From Ignavibacteriota bacterium (GTDB lineage: Bacteria; Bacteroidota; Ignavibacteria; UBA10030), in assembly GCA_963701295.1 (NCBI GenBank), contig OY969585.1, positions 928,001 through 992,000 on the forward strand: a stretch of DNA of 64,000 nucleotides. Reading direction: 5' to 3'. The translations under genes were made by a program, and so were the position numbers. The notes below the pieces were generated by a model that ran no database searches, was not told the origin of the DNA, and saw only the letters and a program-made list of their open reading frames with translations. Below, in pieces: positions 1 through 11,572 of the stretch. Each line of letters opens with the position of its first letter. Position 1 is the first letter of the stretch.

Positions 1-425
1 ATGCCAAACTTTTCTAAACAGATCGATGCTCCTACAATATCTACCAATGAATCGATTGCTCCGACTTCATGAAAGTGCACCTTTTCGATACTGCTGTTAT
101 GAACTTTTGCTTCCGCACTTGCGACTTCATGAAATATTTTCTTTGCGCGTTCTTTTACATTCAGGGAAAGAGCACTCTTATCAATAAGTATTTCGATATC
201 TTTTAAATGCCGATGGTAATGCGGTTGTTCGGAAATGACGACATCTACTTTAACAGCAACAATACCGTTTCGCGTGATATGTTGTGCCGAAAGCTCGAAT
301 CCGCTCAGTTTGAGTTTCTGAAGTTCAGAAATCAACTCGTCAATGGAAACACCTGCACTAACGAACGCGCTAAGTGTCATATCACCACTGATGCCAGAGA
401 TTGTGTCGAAGTATGCTATTTTCAT
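1..425 (-). CDS. larC: Nickel pincer cofactor biosynthesis protein LarC (5' part; runs off window)
   Basis: Hand translation, not in ORF track: MKIAYFDTISGISGDMTLSAF... and the HFHEVGAIDSLVDIVG motif typical of LarC; ATG at 425. Confidence 0.9.
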   Translation of the reverse strand, partial: MKIAYFDTISGISGDMTLSAFVSAGVSIDELISELQKLKLSGFELSAQHITRNGIVAVKVDVVISEQPHYHRHLKDIEILIDKSALSLNVKERAKKIFHEVASAEAKVHNSSIEKVHFHEVGAIDSLVDIVGASICLEKFG

Positions 426-456
426 GAAAGAATTATTACAAAATTAATTTTTTGTA

Positions 457-1735
457 TTATAGAACTTTCGCAAGATGCTCCATGAATCGTTCTGTCGCAC
501 CAATATTTTCTTTTACTAATTTCAATGCCGCGTTTCCTGCGGTTGTCCTTGCTTTTGTATCACCAAGCAATGCACGGAGTGCTCTATAGCATTCCAGTTG
601 ATCGTTGATAAGAAATCCACCGCCGCGACGGAGAAGTTCCAGTGCTTCCTGAGAATTTGTATGTCGCGGTCCAAAGATAACGGGAATTCCGTAGACTGCC
701 GGTTCTAGGTACATTGTGAACACCCTGCCGGAAACTGCCTCCAACATATGCGATATCCGCATACTGGTACAATGCCATCAATATTCCAACGCTGTCGACG
801 ATAATAATCCGTTCGCGTGAATAATCGTTCAGTAGAGAAAATCGAATAGATTTTGTCTTGAAAGGAAGCTGCTTCTCAATTGCTTCCAGCGCTTCTTCCG
901 TTGGCTCATGCGGGACAAGAATCGCAAGAACTTTTGGATCGTATTCTAAAAGTTTCTTGATTGTCGGCAAGAGCACTTCTTCATCTTCAGGCCACGTACT
1001 GCCGGCAATGAAAATTTTTTTATCCTTCAAAATAGAGAGCGGAATGAGATGTTTCTTCTTAGCATCGGCACTACGTTGCCAAACCTGATCGTACCGAGTC
1101 TCGCCAATCTCTTGAATAAAGGGATGGGTCAGTCCAAACAGAGAAAATGCTTCAACATCTTTTGCAGAGACGGTAAGGATGGATACGAAATCGTTAAATA
1201 GTAATCGATGGAAACTTTTTATGAATGGATAGAATCTCGCTGATGATGCGCGCATTGTAGCGTTGGCGATAAAGGTTGATATATTTCTTGCACTCAGTTC
1301 CCATAAATGATTCGGCCATACATCGTACCGAACAAAAACTGCAGCTGTTGGTTGAAGCAGATCGAGGAAGCGACGAGCATTTGCTTTTGTATCGAATGGA
1401 ATATATGTAATTATATCGGCAAGTTTATAATTCTTTGAATGATCGTACCCTGATGGAGAGAAGAATGTGACGATGATATCAACGTCGTGGTATTTCTTTC
1501 GTAGAGCGGCAATGATCGGCTTTGCTTGCTCAAATTCACCCATAGAGGATGAATGGAACCATATGCGTCTTTTTGATTTCAGTCTTTTTAGATCATACTC
1601 AATTTTCTCAAACAATCCCTTTCGCCCTTGAATTCCTCGTCTGATTTTGAAGTTGAAAAGTGCAGTAAATTGTAAAAGTATCCAGAATAAGGGGATAAAT
1701 AACCAATTATAAACGATAAACCACAATTTTTTCAT
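457..1735 (-). CDS. waaA: 3-deoxy-D-manno-octulosonic acid (Kdo) transferase, split by a +1 frameshift at ~708
   Basis: IWFHSSSMGEFEQ and VGGSF..GVHNV motifs in ORF 584..1735; the continuation LEPAVYGIPVIFGP lies in ORF 457..762. Removing one base from GTACCTAGAA restores HNVLEPA. Confidence 0.88.
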
Positions 1736-1895
1736 ACTACTTTATCATAGATGGATTATTTGAAATTCGGAATTATGGTAGAGAAAGTTTAATGGAAATG
1801 CAAGGAATGTGAAAAGAGAATAGAATTGAACATATACTTCTGAATAACCAAGGTAGTCGCTCTTATCGTTTCTCTTTCCGGTGAATTGCTCAGCA

Positions 1896-2585
1896 CTATT
1901 CTTCTAGGTTCAGCCGATAACCAATTCCGGATTCTGTAAGAAGAATTTTGGGATTGGCAGGATCGTCTTCAATCTTTTTACGCAATTGACCGACATACAC
2001 TCGCGTATACTGGGCTTCCTCTGAAAATGTCGGCCCCCATACTTGCTCGAGAATAAAATTATGCGTAAGAACTCTTCCAGAGTTACGCACGAAAAGTGCA
2101 AGCAGTGAATATTCTGTCGCGGTAAGCTTTACAACTTCGCTTTTCTTTTTTACAATGCGCGCAGACAAGTCTACAGAAAGATTGTGTGTTGTAAAAAGTT
2201 CTTTCTCTTGGTTTCTGGGACGATGCCGAAGAGCTGTGCGAACGCGTGCCAGCAATTCGCCTGTCCGAAATGGTTTTACTAAATAATCGTCCGCACCGGC
2301 ATCTAGACAACCAATGATATCACTTTCCGTATTACGGACCGATAAAATGATGATTGGTATGGTTGCCCATTCACGAATCCTTTTTAATACGGTGATTCCA
2401 TCCGTATCCGGCAGACCAAGATCGAGAATAACGAGATCCGGCCGCTCCGAACTGGCCATAATAATGCCGTTGCTGCCTGTTTCTGCAAACTTTAACTGAT
2501 ATCCATTCGGCTCTAAAGTAAGTTGAAGCAGCCGGCGAATCTGAATTTCGTCATCGATGGCAAGTATTTTCGGCGCCGTTGTCAT
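1896..2585 (-). CDS. kdpE: KdpE response regulator (OmpR family)
   Basis: REC domain (ILDLGLPD, GADDYLVKPF) plus winged helix ending LTESGIGYRL; overlaps kdpD stop. Confidence 0.95.
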   Translation of the reverse strand: MTTAPKILAIDDEIQIRRLLQLTLEPNGYQLKFAETGSNGIIMASSERPDLVILDLGLPDTDGITVLKRIREWATIPIIILSVRNTESDIIGCLDAGADDYLVKPFRTGELLARVRTALRHRPRNQEKELFTTHNLSVDLSARIVKKKSEVVKLTATEYSLLALFVRNSGRVLTHNFILEQVWGPTFSEEAQYTRVYVGQLRKKIEDDPANPKILLTESGIGYRLNLEE

Positions 2586-5254
2586 TGTTGTGCTTGTTCA
2601 ATTTCCATGGGAATTTCAATCTTGAATTCTGTCCCCCTCGGCATTCTATTTCGAACAGAAATGGTTCCACGGTGAGCTTCAATAAAACCCTTTGCTATCG
2701 GCAGACCTAATCCTGTTCCACCGGTAGATGTCCCTTCTGCACGGTAGAATTTCTCGAAGACTTTATTAATATCTGATTTTGGAATGCCCGGTCCGTTATC
2801 GGCAACGTTGATAATACAATGATCATTTTCGACAAGAGCCTGGATTTCGATTTGTGTGCCCGGGGGTGTGTGCACAGAGGCATTATACACAAGGTTTGTC
2901 AAAGCTTGTTCCATTAATCCGAAATCTAATTTAACCAGCGGCAGGTCTTCTTGAGTTGTTATTGTTACCTTATGTTGGCCAATTTCCCGTTCAAGTCCTT
3001 TGAGCGTTACATTAATAATGTCCCGTACGTCGCACCAGTCTAATTTTGGCTGTATCATTCCGGACTCCAGCCGTGTCATATCCAGCAAATTTGCGACAAG
3101 CCGGTTTAATCTTTCAGCAGCGATATGAATTTCATTATAAAGTTCAGTCATAGTTGTTGAGACTTGTGTCTGGTTCGCCGCTAGTAGGTTTTCTGAAGCG
3201 CCCATTATGGTAGCAAGGGGCGTTCTCAACTCGTGTGAAATGGAATTGAAAAGTGTTTTATAGAGTTTTTCCGATTCCGCAACGATTATAGATTTTTTAG
3301 TCACTTCATTTAATAATTCCCGTTCAACGGCGGAAGCAATTTGAGCGATAAAATTTTCCAGCAGTATTTCCTGATCAATACCCAGTTTTTCATTTTGACG
3401 GACTCGAACACCGATAACGCCGACAGGATAACGGGGTCCAGACATCGAATAATACGTAGCTTGTGCAAAGGGGAGTGTATCAGTAAATTTTCCAGCTTTT
3501 TTTTCATTCCAGTATGTCCATGCTGCAACACTGAATTCCTTTTCATCCGGTTTCCATGAACTCGCTGTATGTGCTTGATGACTCATATCACCATCTGCAT
3601 CGCCAAGAAAAACGGCAACGTCTGCATCAAAAAACTTCTTAATATTTGCGATTGTTGCCTGAATGACTTCATCCTGGGAATGTGCGGAGGAAAGATCCTT
3701 CGTCAATGCAAACAAAGCGGAAGATCGCATTTCGCGCTGGCGGACGGCTCGTTCTCTTTCACGAACACGGGCGGATAAAGTTCCGGACACAGTTGCTACA
3801 ATAAAAAATACTAAAAGCATTAACACATCTTCAATGTGTCCGATGGAAAATGTATATATGGGCGTAATAAATAAAAAATCCCACGCTAATGCACCACAAG
3901 CTGCTCCCAATAAAACCGGGCCGCGCCCCATTCTTAAAGGCAGTAATGATACTGCGAAAAGAATAATGTACGAAATCGTCTTATATTCAATAAGTCGAGC
4001 GAGAGGAATGCATGCAACCGAGACACCAAGAATTATCATCGCTGCTAAAATGTATTGTAAAAAACCGGATTGGATCTTGGGAATATGATAAAAAAATGAC
4101 CGTCGTTGATTCTCCTCTTCTTCATGACCAACAATATAAATGTCGATATCCTCACTCTTTTGTAAAAGACCATTGATGAGCCGTGTCGATCCAAAGAGTA
4201 CCCGCCGTTTCGACTTCCCGATCAGAATTTGCGTCGCATTCTGCTCGCGTGCAACCCGGAGCAGCGCACCGGCTATATCTTCATCGGAAGTCGTAATGAT
4301 TTCTGCGCCAAGTTCTCTTGCGAGTTTGAAGTTCTTCGACAGTTGCCCTGTTTCCGTCACCGTTGTTTTTTTCGATGTTTCTACATAAACCGCAACCCAC
4401 GATGCATCCATCGTGTACGAAACTCTGCGCGCCCAGCGGATGAGCGAGATGGATTGTGGACTCGCGCTGATGCCGACGACTAGACGTGTTCCAGATTTCC
4501 ACGTTTCTGAAATCCGCTTCGTCTGTTTATATTCCCGTAATTGTTGATCAACACGCTCGGCAGTCAGGCGGAGAGACATTTCCCGAAGCGCGGTAAGATT
4601 TCCCTTTCGGAAAAAACTTTCGACAGCACGCTTTGAGCGTTCAGGTGTGTATACCTTTCCTTCTATAAGCCTCTTCAGAAGTTCGTCTGGAGAAATATCT
4701 ATAACTTCAACTTCATCCGCAGTTTCAAATATTGAATCCGGTACGGTTTCACGAACAATGCTGCCTGTAATTTGAGCGACCGTTTCTGCGCGACTTTCCA
4801 GATGCTGCACATTCAGCGAGGTAAAGACATCAATGCCATTATCGAGCAACTCAAGTACATCTTGATATCGTTTCGTATGTCTGCTTCCAGGTACATTCGT
4901 ATGGGCGAGTTCATCGACAAGGACAAGCTGGGGTTTTCGAGAAATGATCGCATCGAGGTCCATCTCTTCGAGCATTGTTCCTTTGTATTCAATGGTTTTT
5001 CTTGGGATGACAGGCAAGCCAGTAAGGAGAGCTTCAGTTTCTGATCGTTTATGCGTTTCCACATATCCAACGACGACATCAAGCCCATTTGTATTTGCCA
5101 CTTGCGCATCTTTGAGCATGTCGTATGTTTTTCCGACTCCGGCGCACATGCCGAAAAAGATTTTCAACTTCCCCTTTCGCTCCTTTTCTTCTTCTTTCTT
5201 GAGAAGATGAAGAAGCGTATCAGGATCGGGACGATTTTGATCTTCTAAGGACAT
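2582..5254 (-). CDS. kdpD: KdpD sensor histidine kinase
   Basis: RPDPD..GKLKIFFGMCAGVGKTYDML, LVDELAHTN, Usp domain, TM segment, SHELRTPL H-box, HATPase; an alternative start exists at 5275. Confidence 0.96.
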   Translation of the reverse strand: MSLEDQNRPDPDTLLHLLKKEEEKERKGKLKIFFGMCAGVGKTYDMLKDAQVANTNGLDVVVGYVETHKRSETEALLTGLPVIPRKTIEYKGTMLEEMDLDAIISRKPQLVLVDELAHTNVPGSRHTKRYQDVLELLDNGIDVFTSLNVQHLESRAETVAQITGSIVRETVPDSIFETADEVEVIDISPDELLKRLIEGKVYTPERSKRAVESFFRKGNLTALREMSLRLTAERVDQQLREYKQTKRISETWKSGTRLVVGISASPQSISLIRWARRVSYTMDASWVAVYVETSKKTTVTETGQLSKNFKLARELGAEIITTSDEDIAGALLRVAREQNATQILIGKSKRRVLFGSTRLINGLLQKSEDIDIYIVGHEEEENQRRSFFYHIPKIQSGFLQYILAAMIILGVSVACIPLARLIEYKTISYIILFAVSLLPLRMGRGPVLLGAACGALAWDFLFITPIYTFSIGHIEDVLMLLVFFIVATVSGTLSARVRERERAVRQREMRSSALFALTKDLSSAHSQDEVIQATIANIKKFFDADVAVFLGDADGDMSHQAHTASSWKPDEKEFSVAAWTYWNEKKAGKFTDTLPFAQATYYSMSGPRYPVGVIGVRVRQNEKLGIDQEILLENFIAQIASAVERELLNEVTKKSIIVAESEKLYKTLFNSISHELRTPLATIMGASENLLAANQTQVSTTMTELYNEIHIAAERLNRLVANLLDMTRLESGMIQPKLDWCDVRDIINVTLKGLEREIGQHKVTITTQEDLPLVKLDFGLMEQALTNLVYNASVHTPPGTQIEIQALVENDHCIINVADNGPGIPKSDINKVFEKFYRAEGTSTGGTGLGLPIAKGFIEAHRGTISVRNRMPRGTEFKIEIPMEIEQAQQ

Positions 5255-5516
5255 AGTGAAATATACGAAAGACATATGAAAAAAGCGCTTCGAAACAACA
5301 ATGCTCTAGTGCGACTTTTCTTTTATTATTTCAAGAAAAACTCGGTTGTTGAATCTCTACAAGGGCATTACCGGAGGGGAAGAATGAACAGAATGAAAAA
5401 TGTTCTTTGCCAGAATCTTGAATTATTGTTGCGATTGTGCTTTCACGTTTTTCCTGATTTTAGAGAAATATTAAATTCCCGGACTCATAAAAAATTCAGT
5501 AAAAAAATACATTTAG

Positions 5517-6296
5517 CTAAATATTAATATCCAATTGCATCGTAAAGGTGCTCGGGATATCAGCATTGAAAACGTCCCGTGCAAAGATAACGCTCACGTT
5601 TTTTGAGAACGACCATGCAAAGCCGTAGCTCAATGCACCAAAGCTGCTTTTGCTGCCTTGGTAATCGACTGCAAGCCAGAGATTCTCGCTAATTTCGGGG
5701 ATCATTCTGTCCCATGAAAGCAAGACCCCGGAGTTATCAGCTTTACCGGTTGAAAGATCGACCAACAGTTTCTTGTTCCCAGAAAAGTACCCTACTTCAA
5801 GTCGTCCTATGACCGGAAATGTTCTCCCGATTATTCCATAGGCAATATTAAAGTCCGTTACATTTTTTAGAAACCCGAAATCAAATCCTCCGACGGCGAT
5901 CGCGGGGGACCAGTCGACGAGTACTCCCTCCGGAACACCAACCTTCGCATTCACAAGGAATGGCGATAATTGCGGTGTAAAATAATCGACGCCGATTTCC
6001 GCTTGCACAATGGAATCGGGCAACACTCCGACTGTTAAATTGAGATCCGTCGGGAATGCTGTACCGCTGAATGATTTTCCACTTCTAAAATCGTATGCAT
6101 AATTATCGATGCCAAGATGAAACGATTTATATCCTTGGAAATCAATCGACGGTATCCAAATGATAGTGGACGGGGTTGCAACAGCAGAAAGAGTACTGCA
6201 AACTAACAAAAGGACCAGTGCGACATTTTTTGAAATTCTTGCTTTCATTTCTAAACTCTTTATATACATTTCATTAAGGTGAATCATCAACTTCAT
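5517..6296 (-). CDS. Hypothetical outer-membrane beta-barrel protein in kdp operon
   Basis: Signal peptide ([24 protein letters not shown], from 6248), alternating aromatic/hydrophobic strands, C-terminal FTMQLDINI; ATGA overlap with kdpB stop. Confidence 0.65.
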   Translation of the reverse strand: MKLMIHLNEMYIKSLEMKARISKNVALVLLLVCSTLSAVATPSTIIWIPSIDFQGYKSFHLGIDNYAYDFRSGKSFSGTAFPTDLNLTVGVLPDSIVQAEIGVDYFTPQLSPFLVNAKVGVPEGVLVDWSPAIAVGGFDFGFLKNVTDFNIAYGIIGRTFPVIGRLEVGYFSGNKKLLVDLSTGKADNSGVLLSWDRMIPEISENLWLAVDYQGSKSSFGALSYGFAWSFSKNVSVIFARDVFNADIPSTFTMQLDINI

Positions 6297-8395
6297 ATTA
6301 CTTTCATTGCGACCATCAGCATATCGATTAGCTTGATGCCAATAAATGGAGCAATGACACCGCCGACTCCATAAATAAGCAAATGTCTTCGCAACAATTG
6401 CACGGCGCTTATTGGCCGATACTTTACTCCTTTGAGTGCTAATGGTATTAATGCGACAATAATTAGTGCATTGAAGATTACTGCAGAGAGGATAGCACTT
6501 TCCGGAGTAGCAAGCTTCATAATATTCAACATATTCAGCACAGGATATGTTGTTGCAAATGCGGCGGGAATGATGGCGAAGTACTTCGCGACGTCATTGG
6601 CAATGCTGAACGTCGTCAGTGTCCCGCGCGTCATCAGAAGCTGTTTCCCGATTTCGACGATCTCCATCAGCTTTGTCGGATTGCTGTCGAGGTCGATCAT
6701 ATTTGCTGCCTCTCGGGCAGATTGCGTACCGGTATTCATTGCTACAGCAACATCTGCCTGGGCAAGAGCTGGAGCATCATTCGTGCCGTCACCGGTCATA
6801 GCAACAAGGCGTCCGCCTTTTTGATAATCGCGGATCAATTTCAACTTGTCTTCTGGTTTTGCCTCAGCGAGAAAATCGTCAACACCAGCTTCAGCAGCAA
6901 TAGCAGTAGCTGTCAAGGTGTTATCACCCGTAATCATCACAGTTTTTATTCCCATCTTCCGCAGGTGTGCGAACCGCTCCTTAATTCCGCCTTTGACAAT
7001 ATCTTTCAAATGGATGACGCCGAGAACTTCTTTGTTTTCTGCGACGACGAGAGGAGTGGCACCGACCCGGCTGATTTCTTGTACCGCTTGCTGTACGGCC
7101 GCAGGAAACATGCCGCCCTGTTGTTCAATGTATGCTTTCATTGCGTCCGATGCGCCTTTGCGGATGATTCTTTTTCCATTTTTCCCTTCGGGTTGAATGT
7201 CGGCTCCGCTCATACGCGTCTGTGCACTGAAGGGAACAAAATGTGCTGCAATCTCATGAATATCACGACCGCGCAACCCGTACTTCTCTTTGGCAAGAAT
7301 GACGATGGATCTTCCTTCCGGAGTTTCATCAGCAAGTGAAGCGAGCTGCGCTGCATCCGCCAATCGTTCTTTTGAGATTCCCGGTGCGGGAGTAAATTCT
7401 GTCGCCATACGGTTTCCCAGTGTGATCGTACCGGTTTTATCAAGGAGGAGTACATCGACATCACCTGCCGCTTCGATGGCACGACCAGATGTTGCTATTA
7501 CGTTATGCCGGATCATTCGGTCCATGCCGGCAATACCGATTGCAGAAAGAAGTCCCCCGATCGTCGTGGGAATCAAACAGACAAGAAGGGCAACGAGCAC
7601 CGTTACGGTGACGGGTGCCCCGTGTCCGGCGACCTCAACGCTAAACAATGAGAACGGAAGAAGTGTCATGCACACGATAAGAAAAATAATGGTGAATGCT
7701 GCAAGTAATATATTGAGTGCAATTTCGTTCGGAGTTTTTTGCCGCTTGGCACCTTCAATCAAATGAATCATCCTATCCAGAAATCCACCGCCGGGCTCTG
7801 CCGTCACTTGAATGACCAGCCAATCGGAGAGCACGCGCGTGCCGCCGGTAACAGCGCTTCGATCACCGCCGGATTCACGAATCACGGGAGCACTTTCGCC
7901 TGTAATAGCACTTTCATCTACAGAAGCGATGCCTTCAATAACCTCACCATCTGCGGAAATTATATCACCTGCTTCGGCTAGGAAAACGTCCCTTTTTTGC
8001 AATTCACTGGACGTGACGATATTAAACTGTGAACTCTTTTTAGGTTCACGCAATCGTTTTGCCGTTGTATCCCGGCGCGAGCGGCGTAGCGCTTCTGCCT
8101 GCGCTTTTCCGCGCCCTTCAGCCAATGCTTCAGAAAAATTTGCAAAGAGAACCGTGAACCACAACCAGAGTGATACGAAACCGATATACCACGCAGGCGC
8201 TTCTCCGGTGCCGAGCAATGCTTGAATCCATAACGCGAAAGTGAGTACGCTTCCCACTTCCACGACAAACATAACCGGATTTCGTGCCATCAACCATGGA
8301 TTCAATTTCACAAATGAATCAAATAAAGCACGGCGAAACATTTCGCCGTTAAGTCCTAAAGGTTTCTTTAGTTGCTGCGCAGATGTCGTTACCAT
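6293..8395 (-). CDS. kdpB: K+-transporting ATPase subunit B
   Basis: [17 protein letters not shown] phosphorylation motif, [11 protein letters not shown]. Confidence 0.98.
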   Translation of the reverse strand: MVTTSAQQLKKPLGLNGEMFRRALFDSFVKLNPWLMARNPVMFVVEVGSVLTFALWIQALLGTGEAPAWYIGFVSLWLWFTVLFANFSEALAEGRGKAQAEALRRSRRDTTAKRLREPKKSSQFNIVTSSELQKRDVFLAEAGDIISADGEVIEGIASVDESAITGESAPVIRESGGDRSAVTGGTRVLSDWLVIQVTAEPGGGFLDRMIHLIEGAKRQKTPNEIALNILLAAFTIIFLIVCMTLLPFSLFSVEVAGHGAPVTVTVLVALLVCLIPTTIGGLLSAIGIAGMDRMIRHNVIATSGRAIEAAGDVDVLLLDKTGTITLGNRMATEFTPAPGISKERLADAAQLASLADETPEGRSIVILAKEKYGLRGRDIHEIAAHFVPFSAQTRMSGADIQPEGKNGKRIIRKGASDAMKAYIEQQGGMFPAAVQQAVQEISRVGATPLVVAENKEVLGVIHLKDIVKGGIKERFAHLRKMGIKTVMITGDNTLTATAIAAEAGVDDFLAEAKPEDKLKLIRDYQKGGRLVAMTGDGTNDAPALAQADVAVAMNTGTQSAREAANMIDLDSNPTKLMEIVEIGKQLLMTRGTLTTFSIANDVAKYFAIIPAAFATTYPVLNMLNIMKLATPESAILSAVIFNALIIVALIPLALKGVKYRPISAVQLLRRHLLIYGVGGVIAPFIGIKLIDMLMVAMKVI

Positions 8396-8426
8396 TTTAC
8401 TATCTTCCTTTTTTCTCGTGAGTACG

Positions 8427-10169
8427 TTATTGCATCATCATGAAATGTTCGACAATCGGTCCCAATGCGAGCGCAGGCAAAAAGTTCAGTGCACCCACAA
8501 TAAGAACGACCGCAATAAGCCAGAAAATAAACAGCGGCGTATGCGTCGGCAATGTTCCTTCACTTACCGGAACCAATTTCTTTTTAACAAGAGAGCCCGC
8601 AAGCGCTAGTGTCGGAACAGCAAGCCAATACCGCCCGATTAACATTGCCAATCCGCCGGCAAGATTGTAAAACGACGTGTTGACATTTACACCGGCAAAA
8701 GCGCTTCCATTATTGTTCGCTTGCGATGTGAAGACGTACAATATCTCGCTAAATCCATGCGGACCAGGATTCATGATTCCTGCTTTCCCAGCAGCCGTGA
8801 TCACGGCAATTGCTGTAAGAACGAGAACCGTGATTGGCATAATGAGAATCAGGAGAGATGCCATTTTCATTTCGTACGCTTCTATTTTATGGCCTAAATA
8901 TTCCGGCGTTCGTCCAACGAGCAATCCCGCCACAAATACAGCTACAACCACAAAGATTAGCATTCCGTAAAGGCCCGATCCAACCCCGCCGAAAACAACT
9001 TCCCCAAGATGAAGCATGATAAGCGTTATCATTCCACCGAGTGGAGTGTAAGAATCGTGCATGGAATTCACAGAACCGTTCGAGGCGGCTGTTGTGGCAG
9101 TCGCCCAAACAGCAGAATTGGGGATGCCAAAGCGGACTTCCTTTCCTTCCATATTACCGCCGGGATTGATGGAAGTCGATTGTTGATCCACACCGAGTGC
9201 AGTTAGTTTAGGATTGCCTGAACCTTCAAGACTATACATCCAAAATACTGCTGCGACGAGTATCAGCATCATAGCAGCAAAGATCGCCCACCCCTGGCGC
9301 GTGTCTTTCACCATTTTCCCAAATGTGTGACACAGTGCTGCAGGAATAAGCAAAATTGCAAGCATTTCTAAAAAATTAGCAAGAGGCGTTGAATTCTCAT
9401 ACGGATGCGCTGAATTAACGTTGAAGAAACCTCCGCCGTTGGTTCCTAACTGCTTGATGGCAATCTGCGATGCCGCAGGTCCCATAGCTAGAACTTGATC
9501 CGTCACTTTCACACCGCCGGTGTCGGCTGTCGCTTGGAGAAAAGGTACGGAAACGTATGCAGAATTATTCTGTATGACTCCTTGAGAAACAAGCACAAGC
9601 GATAAGACAATAGCAAGAGGAAGGAGTATATACAGTGTACTGCGTGTCATATCGACCCAGAAATTTCCAAGTGTTTTTGCTGAATGACGGGCGATTCCGC
9701 GGATAAAAAGCGTGAGTACAGCCATCCCAGATGCTGCGGAGACGAAATTCTGTACTGTCAGGGCGAGCATCTGTGTCAAGTAGCTCATCGTTGTTTCTCC
9801 GCCGTAGCCCTGCCAATTGGTGTTTGTGGCAAAACTGACAGCAGTATTGAACGATGAATCCGGTGAGACAGCCCCGAAACCCTGAGGATTCAACAGCAGA
9901 AATTGTTGAACTCGTTGTATAAGATAGACGGCTAACAGCCCTATAAAATTGAAGATGATCAGTGCAATTACATTTGCTTTCCAATCCATCTCTTCGTCAG
10001 GACTGATTTTTATCAGACGATAGATGAGACGTTCGAGCGGGCCAAGAACAGGATCGAGAAATGTTTTTTCCCGTTGGTACACACGAGCCATAAACGCGCC
10101 GAGCGGCTTTGCAAGCAATGTCAGCGCTGCGAGGTAAAACGCGATTTGTAAAATCCCATTGAGTGTCAT
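8427..10169 (-). CDS. kdpA: K+-transporting ATPase subunit A
   Basis: [41 protein letters not shown]; start placed at ATG 10169, overlapping the kdpF stop. Confidence 0.97.
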   Translation of the reverse strand: MTLNGILQIAFYLAALTLLAKPLGAFMARVYQREKTFLDPVLGPLERLIYRLIKISPDEEMDWKANVIALIIFNFIGLLAVYLIQRVQQFLLLNPQGFGAVSPDSSFNTAVSFATNTNWQGYGGETTMSYLTQMLALTVQNFVSAASGMAVLTLFIRGIARHSAKTLGNFWVDMTRSTLYILLPLAIVLSLVLVSQGVIQNNSAYVSVPFLQATADTGGVKVTDQVLAMGPAASQIAIKQLGTNGGGFFNVNSAHPYENSTPLANFLEMLAILLIPAALCHTFGKMVKDTRQGWAIFAAMMLILVAAVFWMYSLEGSGNPKLTALGVDQQSTSINPGGNMEGKEVRFGIPNSAVWATATTAASNGSVNSMHDSYTPLGGMITLIMLHLGEVVFGGVGSGLYGMLIFVVVAVFVAGLLVGRTPEYLGHKIEAYEMKMASLLILIMPITVLVLTAIAVITAAGKAGIMNPGPHGFSEILYVFTSQANNNGSAFAGVNVNTSFYNLAGGLAMLIGRYWLAVPTLALAGSLVKKKLVPVSEGTLPTHTPLFIFWLIAVVLIVGALNFLPALALGPIVEHFMMMQ

Positions 10170-10258
10170 TCGAATATCTCCGGTTTCAATAGTGCGACAA
10201 GTAAATACGCCAAGAGACCAATTGCTATAATTCCCGAAATGATATAGAGTAAGCTCAT
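10166..10258 (-). CDS. kdpF: KdpF subunit (30 aa)
   Basis: Hand translation [30 protein letters not shown] with YL..ALL.PE.F signature; GGAGG SD; ATGA overlap with kdpA. Confidence 0.92.
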   Translation of the reverse strand: MSLLYIISGIIAIGLLAYLLVALLKPEIFE

Positions 10259-10386
10259 ACGGTGCCTCCTGATTTTTCTTCAACATTTTTATCAGCCCCG
10301 GGCTGAAGGACTTCACACATCTTCAGAAGTCCTAACGTGAGAACAAAAAATACAACGGCGACCCCGATATAGATAATGTCTTCCAT
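10255..10386 (-). CDS. Small single-pass membrane peptide (43 aa) of the kdp operon
   Basis: Hand translation MEDIIYIGVAVVFFVLTLGLLKMCEVLQPGADKNVEEKSGGTV; GGAGG SD inside the end of kdpC; stop overlaps kdpF ATG. Confidence 0.8.
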   Translation of the reverse strand: MEDIIYIGVAVVFFVLTLGLLKMCEVLQPGADKNVEEKSGGTV

Positions 10387-10388
10387 GA

Positions 10389-10985
10389 TTATTTTCCTCC
10401 AGATAAGGATTGAGTTTCATCGAGTGCAAGATTCAATTTGAGAACATTCACACGAGGTTCTCCAAGAAATCCCAATTGCCTTCCTTCGGTGTATTGAGTC
10501 ACCAGAGACCGAAGATTATCCTGGTTCAGATTTCGGATTCGGGCTACACGAGGAAGCTGATAGAGAGCGGCTGCAACACTGATATGAGGATCAAGTCCGC
10601 TTCCTGAAGCCGTCACAAGATCCACCGGAACAGGCTGCGTATTCGACGAGTCGATAGCTTTCAAGTCTTGGATTCTTTTCTTCACTCCATCGAGATATGA
10701 CTGATTGATCGGCCCATAATTCGATCCGGATGACGCTGCGGCGTTATAAGCAAACGGACCTGTAGCCGATAACCGGCTCCAGAAGTATTTCGGATCGCTG
10801 AACGGTTGCCCGATGAGCTCGGAACCGAAAGTTTTTCCATCCTTTACTATCAGGCTTCCGTTTGCCTTCTTAGGGAAAATCAGCTGTGCAAGACCGGTTA
10901 CCACCAGCGGGTATAATATTCCCGTGAGGGCGGTGAACACGATGATAGCGATGATTGAGGTACGAAGATGTTTAAGCAACATCAT
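10389..10985 (-). CDS. kdpC: K+-transporting ATPase subunit C
   Basis: [45 protein letters not shown]; GGAGG SD before ATG 10985. Confidence 0.96.
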   Translation of the reverse strand: MMLLKHLRTSIIAIIVFTALTGILYPLVVTGLAQLIFPKKANGSLIVKDGKTFGSELIGQPFSDPKYFWSRLSATGPFAYNAAASSGSNYGPINQSYLDGVKKRIQDLKAIDSSNTQPVPVDLVTASGSGLDPHISVAAALYQLPRVARIRNLNQDNLRSLVTQYTEGRQLGFLGEPRVNVLKLNLALDETQSLSGGK

Positions 10986-11572
10986 TGTGAATTCCTCCAA
11001 TTGAATTTTTGAGTTTTTGAAACCGCCTCTTTCAACAGAAGCGGTGTGATGATAAGTTCCTGTATCATTGTATTCCTTTTTCATTGTTGCGGTTCTAATA
11101 TGGCAAGAGATGGGATACAAAAGCAATCAACAGGGTCTAAAAAGAGAGGTAAGAAGTATAAAAATATTATTAAAAACGGTAAATTTTGCTTGATGATTTG
11201 TATTGAGATTGTATGCAAGAAGAGCAAGAGGCGAGCATAGGATTTCTTAGAGCAAGGAGATTGAAGACGGATAAACCCGGACTTGGATAAAAATGTTCGT
11301 TCCAAATTGCTAAATCCCCGAAGGAAAGCAATGAAGAGGAAATAAAATGCGGCATAAGGGACATAAGAAAGACATGAAGACCTGTCATTGAAACCATATA
11401 AAAAGAAGGCTAATATGTATAAAGATTTAATAAAAATATTTTCAAAATCCCCGTTTATTTGCAAAAATCGCAATTTCATTTTACTGGTTTTATAAAAAAA
11501 TCTATTACTTCAAATGATTCCTCAGTACCTTATAGTAAATTTAACTGTCATTTCGAACAACTTGGAAGGAAC

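Noticed and set aside
11305-11345. c-di-AMP (ydaO) riboswitch upstream of the KimA-like gene (GCTAAATCCCCGAAGG resembles its 5' motif)
   Set aside because: Downstream conserved elements (GGAACC, GGGGTGAAT, CAGCTAAC) are absent; an Infernal search with the ydaO-yuaA model would settle it
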